Below, one piece after another: positions 4,888-6,183 of a stretch of 6,183 bases of DNA (within the stretch, counting starts at the first letter, position 1; every line of letters begins with the position of its first letter). The notes beneath the pieces were generated by a model. That model saw nothing but the letters and a program-made list of their open reading frames with translations. It ran no database searches and was not told the origin of the DNA. This DNA comes from a virus (taxonomy: Duplodnaviria > Heunggongvirae > Uroviricota > Caudoviricetes). Position numbers and translations under genes: made by a program. The stretch is from the IMG/VR virus record IMGVR_UViG_2579778660_000006. The stretch is one strand, 5' to 3'.

Positions 4888-6183
4888 ATGAGAGAAGTTG
4901 AAATGAAATATCCGACAGGCGTGGAAAACCATGGAGGGAAATTACGTATCTGGTTTGTTTATAAAGGCGTAAGAGTCAGGGAAAACCTGGGGGTTCCTGA
5001 CACAGCAAAAAACAGGCGCGTTGCAGGTGAGCTACGCGCCTCTGTTTGTTACGCAATAAAAACTGGTGTTTTCGACTATGCAAAACAGTTTCCCTCCTCA
5101 CGCAATCTGGAAAAATTTGGTGAGGCCCGACAAGATTTAACCATAAAAGAACTGGCTGAAAAATTTCTGGCACTGAAAGAAACTGAAGTCGCAAAAACAT
5201 CACTCAACACATACCGTGCCGTCATCAAAAATATCCTGAGCATAATCGGTGAAAAAAATCTTGCCTCATCGATTAATAAAGAAAAATTACTGGAGGTTCG
5301 TAAAGAGCTACTGACTGGATACCAGATCCCCAAAAGTAACTATATTGTTACACAACCAGGGAGATCGGCTGTAACTGTAAATAATTACATGACAAATCTT
5401 AACGCCGTGTTCCAGTTTGGTGTTGATAACGGTTACCTGGTAGATAACCCGTTTAAGGGGATCTCGCCATTAAAGGAATCAAGAACCATTCCGGATCCTC
5501 TTTCGCGGGAGGAATTCATCCGTCTTATCGATGCGTGCAGAAATCAGCAAGCCAAAAATTTATGGTGTGTTTCTGTTTATACTGGCGTTCGCCCTGGTGA
5601 GCTGTGTGCACTTGGATGGGAGGACATAGATCTGAAAAATGGAACAATGATGATCAGGAGAAATTTAGCAAAAGACCGTTTCACGGTACCAAAAACACAG
5701 GCGGGAACCAATCGGGTCATTCATCTTATTAAGCCAGCAATCGACGCTCTCCGGAGTCAGATGACATTAACGAGACTGAGCAAAGAGCATATCATTGATG
5801 TTCACCTCAGAGAGTATGGCAGAACAGAAAAACATAAATGCACCTTTGTTTTTCAACCTGAAGTGTCAGCGAGAGTAAAAAATTATGGTGACCATTTTAC
5901 CGTTGACTCAATAAGGCAGATGTGGGACGCAGCGATAAAACGTGCCGGACTCCGCCATCGAAAATCATATCAGTCGAGACATACTTATGCCTGCTGGTCG
6001 CTGACAGCTGGTGCTAACCCGGCATTTATAGCAAACCAGATGGGCCATGCAGATGCGCAAATGGTATTTCAGGTATACGGAAAATGGATGTCTGAAAACA
6101 ATAATGCACAGGTAGCTTTGTTAAATACACAGTTAAGCGAGTTTGCCCCAACCATGCCCCATAACGAAGCAATGAAAAATTAA
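4888..6183 (+). CDS. int: Tyrosine site-specific recombinase (phage integrase) with N-terminal arm-binding-type domain, intact
   Basis: 431-aa ORF. The C-terminal catalytic region has the tyrosine recombinase signature in order: R in VYTGVRPGELCALGWEDIDL, K in KTQAGTNRV, HxxR in SRHTYA, and the H...Y box MGHADAQMVFQVYGKW. The N-terminus KYPTGVENHGGKLRIWFVYKGVRVRENLG is typical of the arm-binding domain of enterobacterial prophage integrases. The true start may be ATG 4903 (MKYPTG...), which has a slightly better RBS. The stop is the last codon of the window. Confidence 0.95.
   Translation: MREVEMKYPTGVENHGGKLRIWFVYKGVRVRENLGVPDTAKNRRVAGELRASVCYAIKTGVFDYAKQFPSSRNLEKFGEARQDLTIKELAEKFLALKETEVAKTSLNTYRAVIKNILSIIGEKNLASSINKEKLLEVRKELLTGYQIPKSNYIVTQPGRSAVTVNNYMTNLNAVFQFGVDNGYLVDNPFKGISPLKESRTIPDPLSREEFIRLIDACRNQQAKNLWCVSVYTGVRPGELCALGWEDIDLKNGTMMIRRNLAKDRFTVPKTQAGTNRVIHLIKPAIDALRSQMTLTRLSKEHIIDVHLREYGRTEKHKCTFVFQPEVSARVKNYGDHFTVDSIRQMWDAAIKRAGLRHRKSYQSRHTYACWSLTAGANPAFIANQMGHADAQMVFQVYGKWMSENNNAQVALLNTQLSEFAPTMPHNEAMKN

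Noticed and set aside
4976-5333. Minus-strand ORFs 4976-5203 and 5076-5333 within the integrase gene
   Set aside because: Antisense to a strongly supported integrase reading frame.
1-6183. CRISPR arrays, tRNA or rRNA genes
   Set aside because: No regularly spaced direct repeats and no cloverleaf-like or rRNA-like sequence found on either strand. The window ends at the integrase stop, so any tRNA integration target would lie beyond 6183.

Overview
This window looks like the integrase-proximal arm of a Qin/dic-type lambdoid prophage, with an IS2 copy at its left edge. All identifications are from motifs and recalled sequences, not database searches. Left to right: the 3' ~917 bp of IS2 (insD/OrfB reading frame and right terminal repeat), inserted into a small minus-strand membrane-protein gene of which only the first 60 codons remain (918-1098). 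Then a ~280 bp divergent regulatory region, the 53-nt sRNA DicF with its terminator (1376-1433), dicB (62 aa), ydfD (63 aa, start overlapping the dicB stop), an intact 823-aa multidomain protein (2073-4544) with a C-terminal DEDDh 3'-5' exonuclease domain, an excisionase-like gene (4617-4868) and an intact tyrosine integrase (4888-6183). The window ends at the integrase stop, so the attachment site is not visible. The most interesting item is the 823-aa protein: it sits where lambdoid phages carry exo/recE, but has a different nuclease fold, an uncharacterised ~345-aa N-terminal domain and a zinc ribbon. No CRISPR array, tRNA or rRNA was seen.
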